64,000 nucleotides of DNA, taken from NCBI GenBank assembly GCA_050613775.1, contig JBODTK010000134.1:372001-436000 (forward strand), read 5' to 3'. The notes beneath the pieces are model-generated. The model had not been told where the DNA came from and made no database searches. It saw only the letters and a list, made by a program, of their open reading frames with translations. This document shows, piece after piece, positions 15,004 through 30,139 of this stretch. Each line of letters begins with the position of its first letter. Within the stretch, counting starts at the first letter, position 1. The position numbers and the translations under genes were made by a program. The stretch comes from Neocallimastix sp. 'constans'. Its lineage: Eukaryota.

Positions 15004-15255
15004 TGTTAAGAGTTGGTTACTTTATAGTTCTTAATTTATGTCAACTTTTATTTATATATATATATTTTTTATGATAAATAGTTCACAAGTATTTCATTAT
15101 TAAATTAAATTAAAAGGTTTTTTATTTATTATTTGTTATAACATTATGACTTATACATTAATTTTGTTACAATGCATTATACTACATTTTATACAAAATA
15201 TACCAATTAGTATTGTATAATGTTCACATTATTCTAAACCTTATTTATTCTAAAA
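15004..15255. mobile_element. Diverged solo LTR related to the LTRs at 44798/49159/30601
   Basis: Starts tgttaagagt, contains ttatgtcaacttt and tg.cttatacatt, ends ttattctaa; no TSD recognised. Confidence 0.6.
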
Positions 15256-15654
15256 GAAGAATTTGATTTAATGGTGAATAGGTGATATTTACATTTACAT
15301 GATTATATAATATTATACTAAATTTTATAATAATAATTTTTTTTTTTTTCCTCAAAAATCAATTATTGTAAATATATAAATTCCAGAAAAAGGAAAAACA
15401 TTATGATATAATTTTCCTTTTACACTATCTAAAAAAAATTAAATTTTATTATGTTTAAGAATAAACATTAAAACCTCCCGTTTCCTTTTTTTTTTCCAAT
15501 TATTTAATTAGGTTAACTCTTATTTTTTTTTCAAATATTTTATTAGGTTAACTCTTTTTTTTTTTTTTTCAAATATTTTATTAGGTTAACTCTTTTTTTA
15601 TTTAATTTTTATATGCCCTTTAATAAAGCTATCTGCTCTTTCTTATTTTCAACA

Positions 15655-16814
15655 TAAACTGCATTTCCAGCGTTGTCGTTCCTTATTGGTTAAAGTTTGC
15701 TCTTATACCAGAGGAATAGCAATTCCTTTGTCGAGTACTAGCCCCAAGACATAATTTCTATAAAAAAAAAAAAAAAAAAAAAAAGAGCCCGGAGATCGCA
15801 CCAAAGAATGGCGTTTTTTTTTTTTTTTTATTTAATCCATAGAAACGATTTTGTTATTAATCAAAAATCATCCTTATCCTTAACCTTTTTAATAATCTAA
15901 ATCAATAATGTCTTCATCTCTTCCACCAAGAAAGAAGAGAAGTTATATCATCGGTACCACGTCATATATATATTTTTACAATATATTTACATAATCATGA
16001 TTCAAAAATTTACTTATAATATTAACACTATTTTCGCCAATTGACCTACTCACTATAGTATTAGTAACGATCCTATTATTTGCACTGTTACTTATATTAA
16101 TATTCCTATTTTCTTTATCACTAATACTATTAAAATTAAGAATACTATTTCTACTATTATTTTTATTAGTAATATTATACTCTTTGTTACTACTATAGGA
16201 GGGAGTCTGAACTTGATTCTACATTATTCATATCTATGATAATATTGTTTACATTACGATTTGATATAGAACAATATTTAGTAATTACAAAAAAAAAAAA
16301 AAAAAAAATTTTTTCATAAAGAATTTCAATATTCATAAAATATTTCATTTCGAAATTCACAGAAAAGATACCATTTAGAGAAAACCCAATGGTTCCAATT
16401 GAGAATTACTTTTCTATCTTCTCTCTCTTAATAAATAAGGACAGCATTATGGACAGTCTGAACAGTCGTTTTCCATCATATTGGCAGCTTTGGCAACACG
16501 AGCATCCAATTTATATCCAAATCTGGCACGAAGTTCCCATCGAAAACCACTGTTATATTCAGCAGAATACTTAAAGTTGAGCTTTTAAGTAGCCTCTAGT
16601 TAGTTTTTTTTCTCAAATTCAATTTATTTTATAAGCCTTGGCCTTGATTGTTTTTCCGGCTATATTTTTATCCCAATAAAAATCGAAAGATAACATTCGT
16701 TTATAAAGGATAAGAATATGAGGATTCATAAGAATATCCTTTTAATAGAATAAAGTGCTTTTTCTAACTTTGTTATTATTTATTCTCTTTAGGATAGGTT
16801 TCAATTCTAAATTT

Positions 16815-16847
<33 letters not shown>

Positions 16848-17931
16848 CGGGTACACCTAGGTAGGTATATCAATTCATTTTAGGTAACTCTTGTAACTCT
16901 TGTCTTAAAAGATAAAAGGTAGGGATATTATTATTAAGAAAAAAATTTGGAAACTTCTCCCCCTCACCCTTCGTACTACTAAATTTTGCACATTTATTGA
17001 TACAAAATTGATTTTTTTTTTCATTATTTCTAACCTCATTAACTGATTAATTTTTAAACAAGTTTCTAAGTTGAGATCTTGTTGGAGCACATCTAAATAC
17101 AATGTCATCTGTAAAGAGACCTCCACAGCAGCGTTTTATCACCAATCGAGATACCCAATTATTTATCACATTTATTAAAAATGCCATTAATAAAAGAAGT
17201 TAAACAAAATTGGTGAACGAGGGACAACCTTGACGAACAACACCTTTCTTAAATAATACTAAATGATATCCGATAATTACCTATCAACTCTTACACAAGC
17301 CTTTCGAAGTTAAGTATAAATTTTCAATAAAATTATAGCACTTAACCTCTGATACCTTAGTGACGAATTTTCATTTTAATACATTATATAAAATAAGGGG
17401 ATCTGAGTCATACACTTTTTTTTTAAGGTCCTAAAAAAAAAAAAGCAAGTGAAGTAATCTTTATTTTCAAAATTTTTACATCACCGACATATAATTCTTA
17501 ATGAAGTGTAAAGACTTTTATACTCTTCTCTCGGTTATAAAATCCAAATTGTTCCAATCTAATAAATTCTTTATCAATATCCATATTTAGAGATTCTATT
17601 AAAGATGATTTATGACTACAATTTATATCTAGGGTTCATGGAAATATTTTTAAAATATGATTTATTATTTATCTTAGAATCTTCATTTGCATTATTTAGA
17701 TTTTTTTATGTAAAGTATTCCTTTTTATTAAATGGAAATATTGAATTATTATTTGATTTGATAAAATATTCATATGTTTATCTTCATAATTTTCTTTAAC
17801 TTCAGTATTTAGGGAATCGCCTCCTCTTTATTATCATTTTTATTATTATTTTTTTTTTTCAATAGTCTTTTTTTATACCTACAACGCTGAGGAATATTGA
17901 CCTCTCTTTCCATAATTTCAAGATTCTATTG

Positions 17932-17974
<43 letters not shown>

Positions 17975-18800
17975 TAAAATTAATTTATTTTGATAATTTT
18001 TATTTTTTTTGAAAAAAAATTTTTTTTTTGTAATATCTATGATTATTAATTTCATGAGATTTATAAAAAATTTGATTCAATATTTCTTTCACTATTCCTC
18101 ATGTCATTAGAATATATATGAGCATTTCCATATGAATTATTGTACTCTGTAGATGAGTTACCAGTATTATTAGATTAGTTATTAAGTGTATTCTTTAATC
18201 TTCTTTCGGTCATTGATTTGTTCTGATAAATGATTCTGCAAATGAGTCAAATTCTCCTTGAAAATTTATTGTCGTTGACCTTAAGACTAGGTCATCAGAT
18301 AATTCTATTATATAAATAATTAACTTTTTTTTTTCCTGTTCTTTTAATGGGGAGTTTAAATACCCTTATATTTTGTTTTTCATTGTTGAAATGAGAATTG
18401 ATAATAATAATGTATCTTTTCCTGGTATATTTTTTCTCATTTTAATGAATTTTTTTAATTTCTTCGATTAGATCATTATCATCTTTCTTATTCATACTTA
18501 GATATTAAATTGAATAGTTCATAGACAGCTAAATGTAATAATAAAATCAAATTTCTCCGTTAGCTCCTTAGAAATACTGTTAATCAGATATTCTTATAGG
18601 GAGATATCTCCTTGAATCAAATTTTCATACATGTTTTTCTCATAGTACATATCCGTGGTACCAACCACATGTGTTTCTTTTTTTTTTTTTTTTTTCTATT
18701 ATATTATTTTATGATTTTTTCTCTTTAAACAAAAGATAAAATTCTTGCTTCCATAATTTGAAATTAATGTTATTTAGGATATCCTTAGTATCTTTTCTCT
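15655..18800 (-). mobile_element. Decayed non-LTR (LINE) retrotransposon: RT domain plus C-terminal Cys/His region
   Basis: Minus-strand motifs EQFGF (about 17545), RKA (about 17300), GVRQGCP.SPILFN (17195-17245), TDDIV (about 17105), QELPK..YTYLGVP (about 16850-16890) and GFRWELRARFGYKLDARVAK..C..C (about 16440-16550); many frameshifts. The 5' boundary is approximate. Confidence 0.85.
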
Positions 18801-19434
18801 CGTTATTCATTTTTATATCATTTTTATATTTTTTTATATATATATTTTTTAATTTTTCTTCTATTTTTTTTTTTTTTATTTTATAAAATATTATTTAAAT
18901 TTTAGTTCTATTTAATAAACATAATTAATTGTTCGGTAGTAGAATATAAAATATATATTAGAAAACATTTAATATTTTATTAATTAATTAAAAAAAAAAA
19001 GAGGTGTTAATTTAAAAAATTAAGAGCATTTGAGATTCTTAATCTATCATAAAATAATTACTTTTATTTAGTAATTATTAATTAAATATTCACATACTTC
19101 GTTAAATATCTTTTCTTTCAATATTTTAATTTCATATTAAAAATTAATTTTTACATAATTTTTTTTTTCGGATATATTCTAATTTATTTTTATAATACAT
19201 TTATTATTCACTTTTTTTTTTATTTAATATTAAATTTTTTATATTTATTATTAAAACTATTTTTGTCTTATAAAATATTAAAAATTAATAATTAAATAAT
19301 AAATCATAAATCATAATTATTTTAATATATATTTATTTATTTGTATATTTATATCATCGATGATTATTTTATTAATCAATTCATATAACCCTTATTATCA
19401 ATATATAATTTTATAATCCAAAAAAAAAGTATAA

Positions 19435-19546
19435 TACTAATAACAGTAATAATAACAGTAATAATAACAGTAATAATAACAGTAATAATAATAGTAATAA
19501 TAATAGTAATAATAATAGTAATAATAATAGTAATAATAATAGTAAT
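19435..19546. repeat. (AGTAATAATAAT/C)n 12-bp minisatellite
   Basis: Seen directly. Confidence 0.85.
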
Positions 19547-19736
19547 AAAAAAGTGACAGATCAGATATTACTTTTATATTAAATTTTGATTTTTATTGTA
19601 AAAATGATCAAAATTTGATATAATTTTTATTTTTTATTTTTTATTTTTTATTTTTTATTTTTTATTTTATTTTATTTTTTATTTTTTATTTTTTATTTTA
19701 TTTTATTTTTTATTTTTTATTTTTTATTTTATTTTA

Positions 19737-19769
<33 letters not shown>

Positions 19770-20277
19770 TTTCAATCTAATTTGACAAAATGAAATTGGG
19801 AATTATGGTTTAAGAAGCAAAGCAGTCAACATTATAAGAAACTTCGAATTTTATTAGAAAAAAAAAAAAAGGAGAGAAAATTCGGAAAAAAATTTTTTTT
19901 TGTTTTCTTTGCTTATGGTTTCCCAGTTTTTTAAAAAAAGATAAAGATAAAGATAAAGATAAAGATGTAAAAAATTAATTTTTACCAAAAGATAACTTAA
20001 TTTTCACTTTTTTTTTTTTTCAAAATATTTCCTTTATACAATTGATAGCCATCTTTATATAATTATGAAGATTTATTATTTCAACTATAATTAATTATTA
20101 TTTTATATGGTATTTTTATTATTTATTATTTGCTATAGTTTTAGTATTACTAAACCTAAGAATATATATAAAAATATTAAAAAATAGAATGTGCATATTA
20201 TGACTATTTAGATTTATAATATACAGTATATTAATATCTTGATGACTCAGTTTTTATTAAGCTATTTTTATATATAT

Positions 20278-20322
<45 letters not shown>

Positions 20323-20859
20323 TTTAAGATATTAGTATTAAACTATATTTAAGAATTTATGTATTATTAAAATATTTTATTCTATAAAAAAAATTTATTT
20401 AATATATATATAAAATTTATTATATAAAAAAAAAAATTATTATTTAAAAAAGATTTATTATAATTTATTATATGAAAAAAATATATTGTTATAACAATTT
20501 TAGTAATCTTGGTTAAAAAAGGTAAAAATATATAAAATAATTAAATAATAAATATTTTTTAAAAGGGCACTTTTATTTTGTGGATTGTATAGTTTATAAA
20601 AAAAATAAAAATAAAAAATAAAAAAAAAAAAAAAAAAAAAAAAAAACTAGTAAATAAAAAAATAAATATTATAAGTATAGATTAAAAATTTTGTAATAAC
20701 TACTATCATTATTAAAAATAAATATAATTTTGTATCATTAATTTGATTAATATACATTTTAAAACTAAATGCTTTAAAGTTTTTTTTATTATCATAAGAA
20801 AAAAAAATATAATATCATATGACTATTTTATTTATATCATTAAATACAAAATATGAATA

Positions 20860-21225
20860 CATAATTCATCAACTACACCAAGAAAGTCTAATTCAACGAG
20901 AGAAGTGCAAGTTGTAGGTAGTTTGTTATATATCTAGCAATGGGTAAAAGGCCAGATATTTCTTTTACTACCAGTAAAGCCTCAAGGAAGAATAAAAATC
21001 CTATATACAAAGAATGGTTAAATGTCATTAAAATTTTTTAGACATCTAAATAGTACAAAAAAATTATAGACTTAAAATTTTACAAATGATATAAAAATCT
21101 AAATGTATATATGCAGATGTTGATTTAGGTAGTGATGAAAGAAACAAAAAGATCCACAATTGTCTTTATAATCAACATGGGTCAAACTCCAATTTGATGG
21201 TATTCAAAGCTATATCAACGGCATA
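20860..21225 (+). mobile_element. Ty1/Copia RT-RNase H fragment (pseudogenised)
   Basis: Translates VGSLLYLAMGKRPDISFTTSKASR, YADVDLGSD and PI*WYSK, typical Copia RT end/RNase H motifs. Confidence 0.85.
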
Positions 21226-21805
21226 TTACAATTTAACATTCTATACTTTTTATATAAAATAGTTAATTACCAGTAATTTTTTTTATTTAACAATAATTTA
21301 TTTTTATAATATTTTATGAGACAAAAATAATTTTAATATTAAATATAAAAAAAAAAAAAGAGAATATAAATATATTATAAATAATTTTATGTAAAAATTA
21401 AATTAATTGTTTAATATGAGATGAAATATTGAAAGAAAAGAAATTTAATAAAACGTGTAAAAAAATTTAATTAATAATTAATAAATAAAAAAGTGATGAT
21501 TTTATGACAAATTATATATTTTTTTAATTAATAAATAATATTATTATAATATTAATTTATGAATCTTTTTAATGATAAATTAATTAATAATAAATAGAAT
21601 ATGAAAGATTTATTCTTTAATTTCATTTTATTATTATTATTATTTTTTTAATTACTATTACTCTTACCATTGATTCATAATGATGAGTTATCAATTATCA
21701 TATATTATTTTATATTATTATTACTACTTCTACTACTACTATTACTACTACTACTAATAATAATAATAATAATAATAATAATTAAAAACTCAAAACATTA
21801 TGTTA

Positions 21806-21846
<41 letters not shown>

Positions 21847-22360
21847 GTATTATTATATATATAGATTTATAAATATAATTAATAATTATTAATAATAAAA
21901 TCGAATGTATTATTTATTATGTTATTAAATTAACATATATATATTTATTAAGTTCTTTTTTAAATTATAAATGTTGACATTATTAATATTTCTTTATTTT
22001 TTTTTTTTTTTTTATAATATTATATTTTAGAAAATTAGTTAGGGAAACAATATAATAAAGAATTGTTATTGGCATCATATCATTCATTCAATTAATGCTA
22101 ATGCATTAAATCAATAGAATTTATTTTAGAAACTCTATAAGCTTTAGAACAAATTCATATAGAATATTAAAAATACTTGATATTATTAAAATAATTAATA
22201 TATAATAAGTAAAAAAGAAAAATAAATATAAATATAAATATATAAATGAATAAAATCTTTATATGGTTTTATTAATTAATATTCATCTTTTATTAAAAAA
22301 AGAAGAAAAAAAAATAATAAATAAAAACATTTTTTTTAATTATTATTATTATTAATTATT

Positions 22361-22440
<80 letters not shown>

Positions 22441-23414
22441 TTATATTATTAAGTATAGATAGAAGTGATATAAATTGAGACAAGATTTTAAATAAGAAGA
22501 AAATTATGGAAAGATGACAAGAAAAATGTATTAAATATCATCCCAAATTAATATATGACAAAATAATTATAAATTATTATAAATTAGTAGAAAATAAATA
22601 TAAATTATTATAATAGGAGTATAAAAAAATAAATATAAAATAAAATATTGAAAAAATATTTTAAAATATTTATAAAAATAAAATAAAATATAATAAATAA
22701 ATTAAATTTAATATTTATTATATAATATAATATTTTATTATATATTTAATTTAATATTATTTAAATTAATTTAATTTAATTTAATATAATTTAATTTAAG
22801 AAATTAAAAAATATGAATAGACGGATTAATTTTTCATATTATTATAAATATATTATCTTTTTAATAGGTGATGACTCATTTTTATGTAAAAATATAATAA
22901 ATATATGTATATCAAACTTTATTTAGTAATAAATTATTTAATGTGACTGTAACGTGATATAATTATATGTTACAAAAATTAAGTATATAGATATAATTTT
23001 TGTATGGGTAACAATTTTTAAATTAAAAAAGGATGATAATGTTTAGGATTTTTTTTTTTTTTTTTAGTCTCAATTATTGCAAATGTTTAGGATGAAAAAA
23101 TCATTAAACTACTATGAGTAGAAGAAGAAGAAGAATAAGAAGAAAAAAAAAATATATATATATAAAATATATAATAAAATTGTAATATTTAAGATGGATA
23201 TCATTACGAGGAGAGAAAATTAAAATTAAATATATTTTTATAAATACATTCTTTAATTAGCATAGCAAATATTTAATTATAATATAAAAGAACAAAATTG
23301 TATTATATTAATAATATATATTATTAAAAGAATAAACAGAATGCCGTAAAATGATAATCTTTTTCATCATGCATTAAAATGGAGAAATAATTGAATTAAC
23401 AATTAAGAAATAAG

Positions 23415-23459
<45 letters not shown>

Positions 23460-23710
23460 GAAAAATTAAAAAAAAAAAGTTATAAGTCTGTAATAACAAT
23501 TTTTTTTTAATATGGATATATGTAGATAGTAAAATTTTATTTATATTATTTGATTAATATAAAATTATTCTTTTTAAAAAAAAAAAAAAAAATTATTTCT
23601 ATTCTTTATCTAAAGAACAACACTTTCTGATAAAATATTCATGAATATTTATTTAAATAAAAATATTTCTTTTTTTTCAATTTTTTTTCTTTGTAAATCC
23701 TTGATTATTT

Positions 23711-23770
<60 letters not shown>

Positions 23771-24611
23771 TCCCAATTCTTTTGTTATAAATTTTCTTTT
23801 AATAATTAAATATAAAAAATATCAATATAATATGTAATAAAACAAATATATAATATTAAAAATAAAAAAAAAAAAATAAAAAAAAAAAAGTACAGATTGA
23901 ATAAAATAAAAATAAAATAAAATAAAAATTTTTTACCCATAAAGTTAATATATATGAATATTTTTTTATTATATATATATTTTTATTTATCTCCCATTAT
24001 CATGAGTATATTAATCAAGATTAGTGATTTTTCAATTTTTATTATTTTTATTATTATTTTTTATTTTATTATATAATAAAAAATGAAAATGAGTAAATTT
24101 TTAATTTATTAAATTAATTAATCTACATTTATTGACCTAATCAATTACTATTTAAAGTTTAATAGTCATCTTTCCAAAATAATTATTATTCATATATATA
24201 AAGATAATAATAATATAAAAAGTTTTTTTATATAAAAGGTATAAAGTTTCTCTCTATCTTTTATATTTTAAAATTTTTTTTTAAAGGAACAATTTTTTAA
24301 ATTCAAAAATTATTTTTTAGTTTTATTAGAAAATAATTATTGATAAACTTTAAACCTGTAAATAAAAAAAAAATATATATATATAACTTTTTGGAAAAAG
24401 TTATTAGTTGTAAATACCAAAAGTAATAAAACGATTTTAAATTTTCACTGGTTGAAAAAAAAAAGAATTAATCAACAATAAAAACAACAGCAACAAAAAA
24501 AAAAAAAATTATTATTAGTAAATTAATAAATATAAAAAAAAAATATATTTATATTATTTTTTATTTTTGAAATTTAAAATTTTAGAAATTAAAATAAAAA
24601 AAAAAAAAAAA

Positions 24612-25736
24612 ATGAAATTATTAAATTCAATTTCTTTTGTTTTATCCTTTGCATCATTAACTCTTGCCCAATGGGGAGGTTTTGGAGGCTTTGGTGATTT
24701 CGGTGGTTATAATAATAATAATAACAATGGAGGTGGTGTTGCTGTATCAGGTGATACTGTTAAAATTATGCCTGTTGGTGATTCTATCACCTTTGGTGAA
24801 GGTGAAAGAGGTGGATACAGAAAGTATCTTTACAGTGCCTTAACTCAAAAAGGTTATAAAATTGATATGGTAGGTCCGGAAGGATCTAACAGTGCTTCAG
24901 CTAATGGTATACAATATGATGATAATAATGCTGGTTACAGTGGATTCCAAATCAAAGAAATTCCAGGCTGGGGTCAACAACAAGGTGGTGAAGGAAGTTT
25001 ATATAATAAACTTAAGAGTAAGAATGCTGTTAAGCAATCTCAACCAGATATCATTCTTCTTATCATTGGTACTAATGATATGACTGCCAATCGTTCAATG
25101 GATGCTTGTGCCAATGATCTTCGTGCTCTCTTAGATTATATGCTTGCAGATATGCCAGCCAATAGTATTATCTTTATGGGTTCTATTCCAGAATTTACTG
25201 CTTACGGTGGTAATGCTCAAAGAATTGCCAATTACAATGGTACAGTTAAGAAGGTTGCTGACGAATACGCTAATAAGGGTAAGAATGTTAGATTTGCTGA
25301 TGTTCATGGTTGTCTTAACGGTATGTCTGATATAGGTAGTGATCGACTTCACCCAAGTGGAAATGGTTACAAAAAAATTGGTAATTTCTGGGCTGGAGTT
25401 ATCGATGAATACCTTCAATCTATTAAAAACGACAGCAACAATGGTAAAGAAGATGAAACCGGTAATGGCCAAGAAGAACTTAGTGCTTGTTCCTCTAATA
25501 TTACTAGACAAGGTTACAAATGTTGTTCCAAGAATTGTGTAGTCGTTTACACTGATAATGATGGTACTTGGGGTGTTGAAAATGAAGAATGGTGTGGTTG
25601 TAGTACTGGTAATTCTAATGTTTGTGTTGGTGCTCAAGGTTATCCATGCTGTAAATCAACCAAGCAAGTTTACTACACTGATGATGATGGTAGTTGGGGT
25701 ATTGAAGATGGTGACTGGTGTATTATTAGAAATTAA
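24612..25736 (+). CDS. Secreted SGNH/GDSL hydrolase (CE3-like acetylxylan esterase) with two C-terminal fungal dockerin (CBM10-like) domains; cellulosome component
   Basis: Signal peptide MKLLNSISFVLSFASLTLA (ATG 24612); KIMPVGDSITFG, GYSG, IGTND and DRLHP blocks; two C-C...WGVEN/WGIED..WC dockerins; intronless. Confidence 0.93.
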   Translation: MKLLNSISFVLSFASLTLAQWGGFGGFGDFGGYNNNNNNGGGVAVSGDTVKIMPVGDSITFGEGERGGYRKYLYSALTQKGYKIDMVGPEGSNSASANGIQYDDNNAGYSGFQIKEIPGWGQQQGGEGSLYNKLKSKNAVKQSQPDIILLIIGTNDMTANRSMDACANDLRALLDYMLADMPANSIIFMGSIPEFTAYGGNAQRIANYNGTVKKVADEYANKGKNVRFADVHGCLNGMSDIGSDRLHPSGNGYKKIGNFWAGVIDEYLQSIKNDSNNGKEDETGNGQEELSACSSNITRQGYKCCSKNCVVVYTDNDGTWGVENEEWCGCSTGNSNVCVGAQGYPCCKSTKQVYYTDDDGSWGIEDGDWCIIRN

Positions 25737-26540
25737 AAATAATAATAATAATAATAATAAATAAATAAATTCTTAAAAAAATATATAAAAAAAAATTCGA
25801 AAATGTATATATGTATATTTTTTTTAATTTATTACTATAATTTTTTTTTTTTTAGACAATTACGTCAAAAGAGAAAAAAAAAGTACAAAAAATAATTTAA
25901 AAAAAAAATTAATTAAAAGGAAAAAAAAAAAAATAAAAAAAGTAAGAAATTTTAAAATTAAAATAAAAAAAAAAAAATGTATATGAAAAATATATCTATA
26001 TTTGTATTAATATATATAAATGAAATATGAAGTATATTTAATTTTGGTTTTAAATATATATAAATATAAATATAAATATATATAGAAGATTATTATTCTT
26101 TTAATCTATTTATTTATTTATTTATTTATAAAAATGAAAATTCGTTTTAAAAAAATATATTTTACTGTCGCATCTTAATGAATATATATATATATTATTC
26201 AAATGGTAATAAACATTTTTTATAATCTGCACCCAACAAATCTTTGGAAATTGAATCTCCTGATATTATTTCTCATGGTTCAAGAGTTCGAGGAAGTATT
26301 TGATATTTGTCACACCATTTATTCTACTGATGTTTGAATTTTTTTTTTTTTTTATATTTATTAAATATATATATATATTATTTTATTTTATTTATTTTTT
26401 TTAATTGAAATGATTTTAATTCACCTCCTAATACCCAATAATTAACTTTAAATAAAAAAAACTTTTTTTATTCTTTTTTACACTTTATTTTCATTGTATG
26501 CCAATAACTTTTTTTTATAAAATTTTATTCTTAAACATTT

Positions 26541-26575
<35 letters not shown>

Positions 26576-26722
26576 TTTTTTGTTTATTTTTCTCTATATT
26601 ATATTTTTTCATTTACATTGAATAGAATATATATATATATATATAAAACAAATTATTATTTTTAATGCTTTTTTTATTATTTAATTAATTAAAGTAATGG
26701 AAGTGTATTCTCTTCCTAGTTT

Positions 26723-26756
<34 letters not shown>

Positions 26757-26899
26757 CTTAAACTTTTATAATTCATTTTTTACTTTTATAAATTTATATA
26801 TATAGTTGTAATTAACAATAAAAATAAAATAAATAAATATGTGTATATATATAAATATTTATTTTGTTACTTTATATTTTATATTCATTTATTAATAAA

Positions 26900-28620
26900 C
26901 GATAAATGGCCCTACATTTTTATCTTTCAAGACAAAGAGTTACCTAAAACGAATGACTATACCTTACTTAGGTGTACCATTTTTCAAATAAATTTAGAAC
27001 TGAAACCCGTCATACAGTGAATGCATAAAGAAAGTTAGAAAGACGCTTTAATTCCATTAAAAAGGATTTCATTCGAAATTCTCATATTCCTTTCCTACAT
27101 AAACCATTACTATTTTCTGCTATAATAATTGGCCAAGTTTCGTATTATGCACTGCTACTTGGATCAAACAAAGAAAGAACAAAAGGTACACAGACACTAG
27201 TTAATATAGGATTACACTTGGATTGAAAAGATTTTCCATTGCAATCATTCCTTTTACATCCCTTTTTTTTTGTTTCAAAAGGAATTTAGTATTCCTCCTC
27301 CTTTATCGGAGGGGCGAAATCTGTGATTGCTCAGGTAAGATGATTTTTTTTTTTTTAATTTGAGAGAAATTATCACATTGTTGACGTCATGAATGGGATA
27401 AAGAAAGTAAAAAAAAAAAATTTTTAGCGGATCAAATTAGATAGATTTCCATCCTAAAAAAAAAAAAGGAAAAAATCAAATTGTAGTATTATCTCTGTTT
27501 TTCCTTTTTTTTTTAATTTGTAAAAACTTTTACTAAGATAGAAATATGGCAGGAAAATCGATTGAAGCTAAAAGCTTATAAAAAAAATTGAATTTAAGAA
27601 AAAAGAACGAGAGACTACTTAAAAATTCAACCTTATGTATCCTGCTGAATATATAACATTGGTTTTCGATGGGTACATCTGGATATAAAAACGATGTTTC
27701 GTGTTGCCAAAACCGCCATTATGATTGAAGAACGACTATCCAGACTGTTCAGAACGCTTTCCTTGTTTGTTATCGAGGAAATAGTCATCCTCGATGGGAA
27801 CATTGGGTTTTTTAAATGTTATCTTTTCTGTGAATTTCGAATGAACTATTTTATAGATATTGAATTTTTTTCTTTTTATAAAAAAAAAATTTTTTTTTTT
27901 TTTTTGTAATTATCAAATATTGTCCAACATCAAATAGTAATGGAAACACTGTTGTCACAGATATGAATAATGTAGAATCAGGTATTTGATTTCAATAATA
28001 GTAATGAAGTTTATATATATATTAATAATAATAATTATAACAATAGCAATAGCATTATTAATAAAAGTAATAGTATTGATAGTGAAAATAAGAATATTAA
28101 TATTAGTGAAAGTGATAATGTGAAAATTAATATTAGTTGTAGTGAAAATTGTATTAGTATTAGTTAAATTTACTGAATAATGAATATGTCAATATATATA
28201 TATATGTGACGTAGAGTTGAGTATTTAACTTCCTTCTTGATGGAAAGGGATGAAGACATCATTAATTTAGATTAATAAAAAGGAATAGGATGTTTTTTTT
28301 TTTTTTTTTTTTGATAGATAACCAAATCATTTTTGGTAATTATTCTAAAAACGCCATTCATGGTGTAATCTGAGGATCTCTTTTATAGAAATTATTGTCT
28401 AAGGGGCTAGTACTCAATAAAGGATTGCTATTCCGACGGTATAGGCACAAATTTAATTAAGGAGCGTCAACGCTGGAAATGGAGTTAAGACAGGCCAGTA
28501 GGACCAAAGCCTCTGAAGGTCTGAAAAAGAAGACCATAATTTTTTTTTTCAGATTGTCAGTTCAAACCCTACTCTGGAATAAGAATTCCTTTTAAATAGA
28601 AACCTTATAATCTAGAGGTG
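26900..28620 (+). mobile_element. 5'-truncated decayed LINE copy of the same family as 15655-18800
   Basis: aagagttacctaaaa...tacttaggtgtacc (YLGVP), gtgttgccaaa, cattgggtttt and the 3' block acgccattc...ggggctagtactc...caacgctggaaatg all match the reverse complement of the 15.7-16.9 kb copy. Confidence 0.85.
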
Positions 28621-29491
28621 AGGTTCGTTGTCTATGAACTTTTTTTTTTTCTTAATTTATTTATACACTTTTTTTTTTTAAATATTACTTTTATATTTAA
28701 AAAAATAATTATGTTTTTCATATTACTATTTAAAAAAATTATGATATTCAATTTGGACAAATAATATTTTATTTTATTTTATTTTATTTTTTTATTAATT
28801 ATGTTATTTTTTTTATAAAAAAATAATATATTTAATTAATAAATAAAAAAAAATAAAGTTAAAGTACACAATATTTACGGCTATAAAACAAAAAAAAAAT
28901 CTTTACAAATTATGTTAGAACTTAAATATCAGAACAAAGTATGATTAATTATTATTCCAAATGACTTCAAAAAATATGATGTTAATCGATTATATTTTTA
29001 ATATTTAGCGAAAGCAACTATCGATTAAGATTCAACACTCTTCTTTTTTTTTTTTTTTTTTTTTTTTTATCATTAATTAAACCATCTTAATAATTAATGA
29101 TATGATATTACTTCAGATATTTTATAAATATAATTTCAGTATAAATTCCAACTAATTTTTCTAATATTATTTATTACGGATTATGGATATTTAAAGTTAC
29201 ATATATATATATATATATATAATAAAATATAAAATAAAAATGATTGTGATTTCTTTTATGAATAGTAAAAATGAAGAATATAATTAATAATATAGCTAAT
29301 TTTAAAATTATTATTAATTTTAATGAGAATAATACAATAATAACTTTTATTATAATACAACATTGAAAAAAAAAAAAATTAAAAAAAAAATACAACTAAA
29401 AATAAAATAAAAAAAGATAGAACTTGATGGAAACTATGACATTTACATTCAATAGATATGAATAATGAAAAAGGAACAAATATAAAATAGC

Positions 29492-29522
<31 letters not shown>

Positions 29523-30139
29523 GTAAAAAAATAAAAAAATATATATATATATAATAGTATGATGATTTTATCTTAAATAAATATAGCATTCAAATTAAAA
29601 ACATAGGAATCTTTACATCCACTATCTATCTTTTAATAAAAGTTAAACAAACGAATCCATGTGGTACAGACCACAGAGGGGGGGGGTTAATTTGATTTTT
29701 TTTTTTTATTTTTTATAAAGAAATAATAATTTAATCACAAAACTTTTAATATATATTTTTTTACAAATTATAAATATTTATATATTTATAAAAATAAAAA
29801 AAAAAATTTTTTTTTTTTATTTTATTTTTAATTATTGATTCAATATTGTCATATTATGAAAATATACTAAAAGTAAAAATAATATAGAAAAATAAAATCC
29901 TATAAAATAATAAAAAGTAAATAATAAAAATTAAAAAATAAAAATAAAAAAAAAAAAAAGTAAAAAAAAAAGACTATAACAATAAAAATTGATGCAATAC
30001 AAAATTATATATATATATATTTTTTTTTATATATCAATTATTTAAATATAATTCTTTATATATAAAATTTTTAGTTTGTTCTTCTTCAGTGATATCTTAA
30101 ATTTTTAAATTAATGGTTTTGATATATTAATTATTTCAA

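Noticed and set aside
24567..24611. Upstream TTG start for the esterase
   Set aside because: Eukaryotic gene; ATG 24612 follows an A-rich context and begins the signal peptide.
24892..25764. Overlapping alternate-frame and antisense ORFs in the esterase
   Set aside because: By-products of codon bias in the real CDS.
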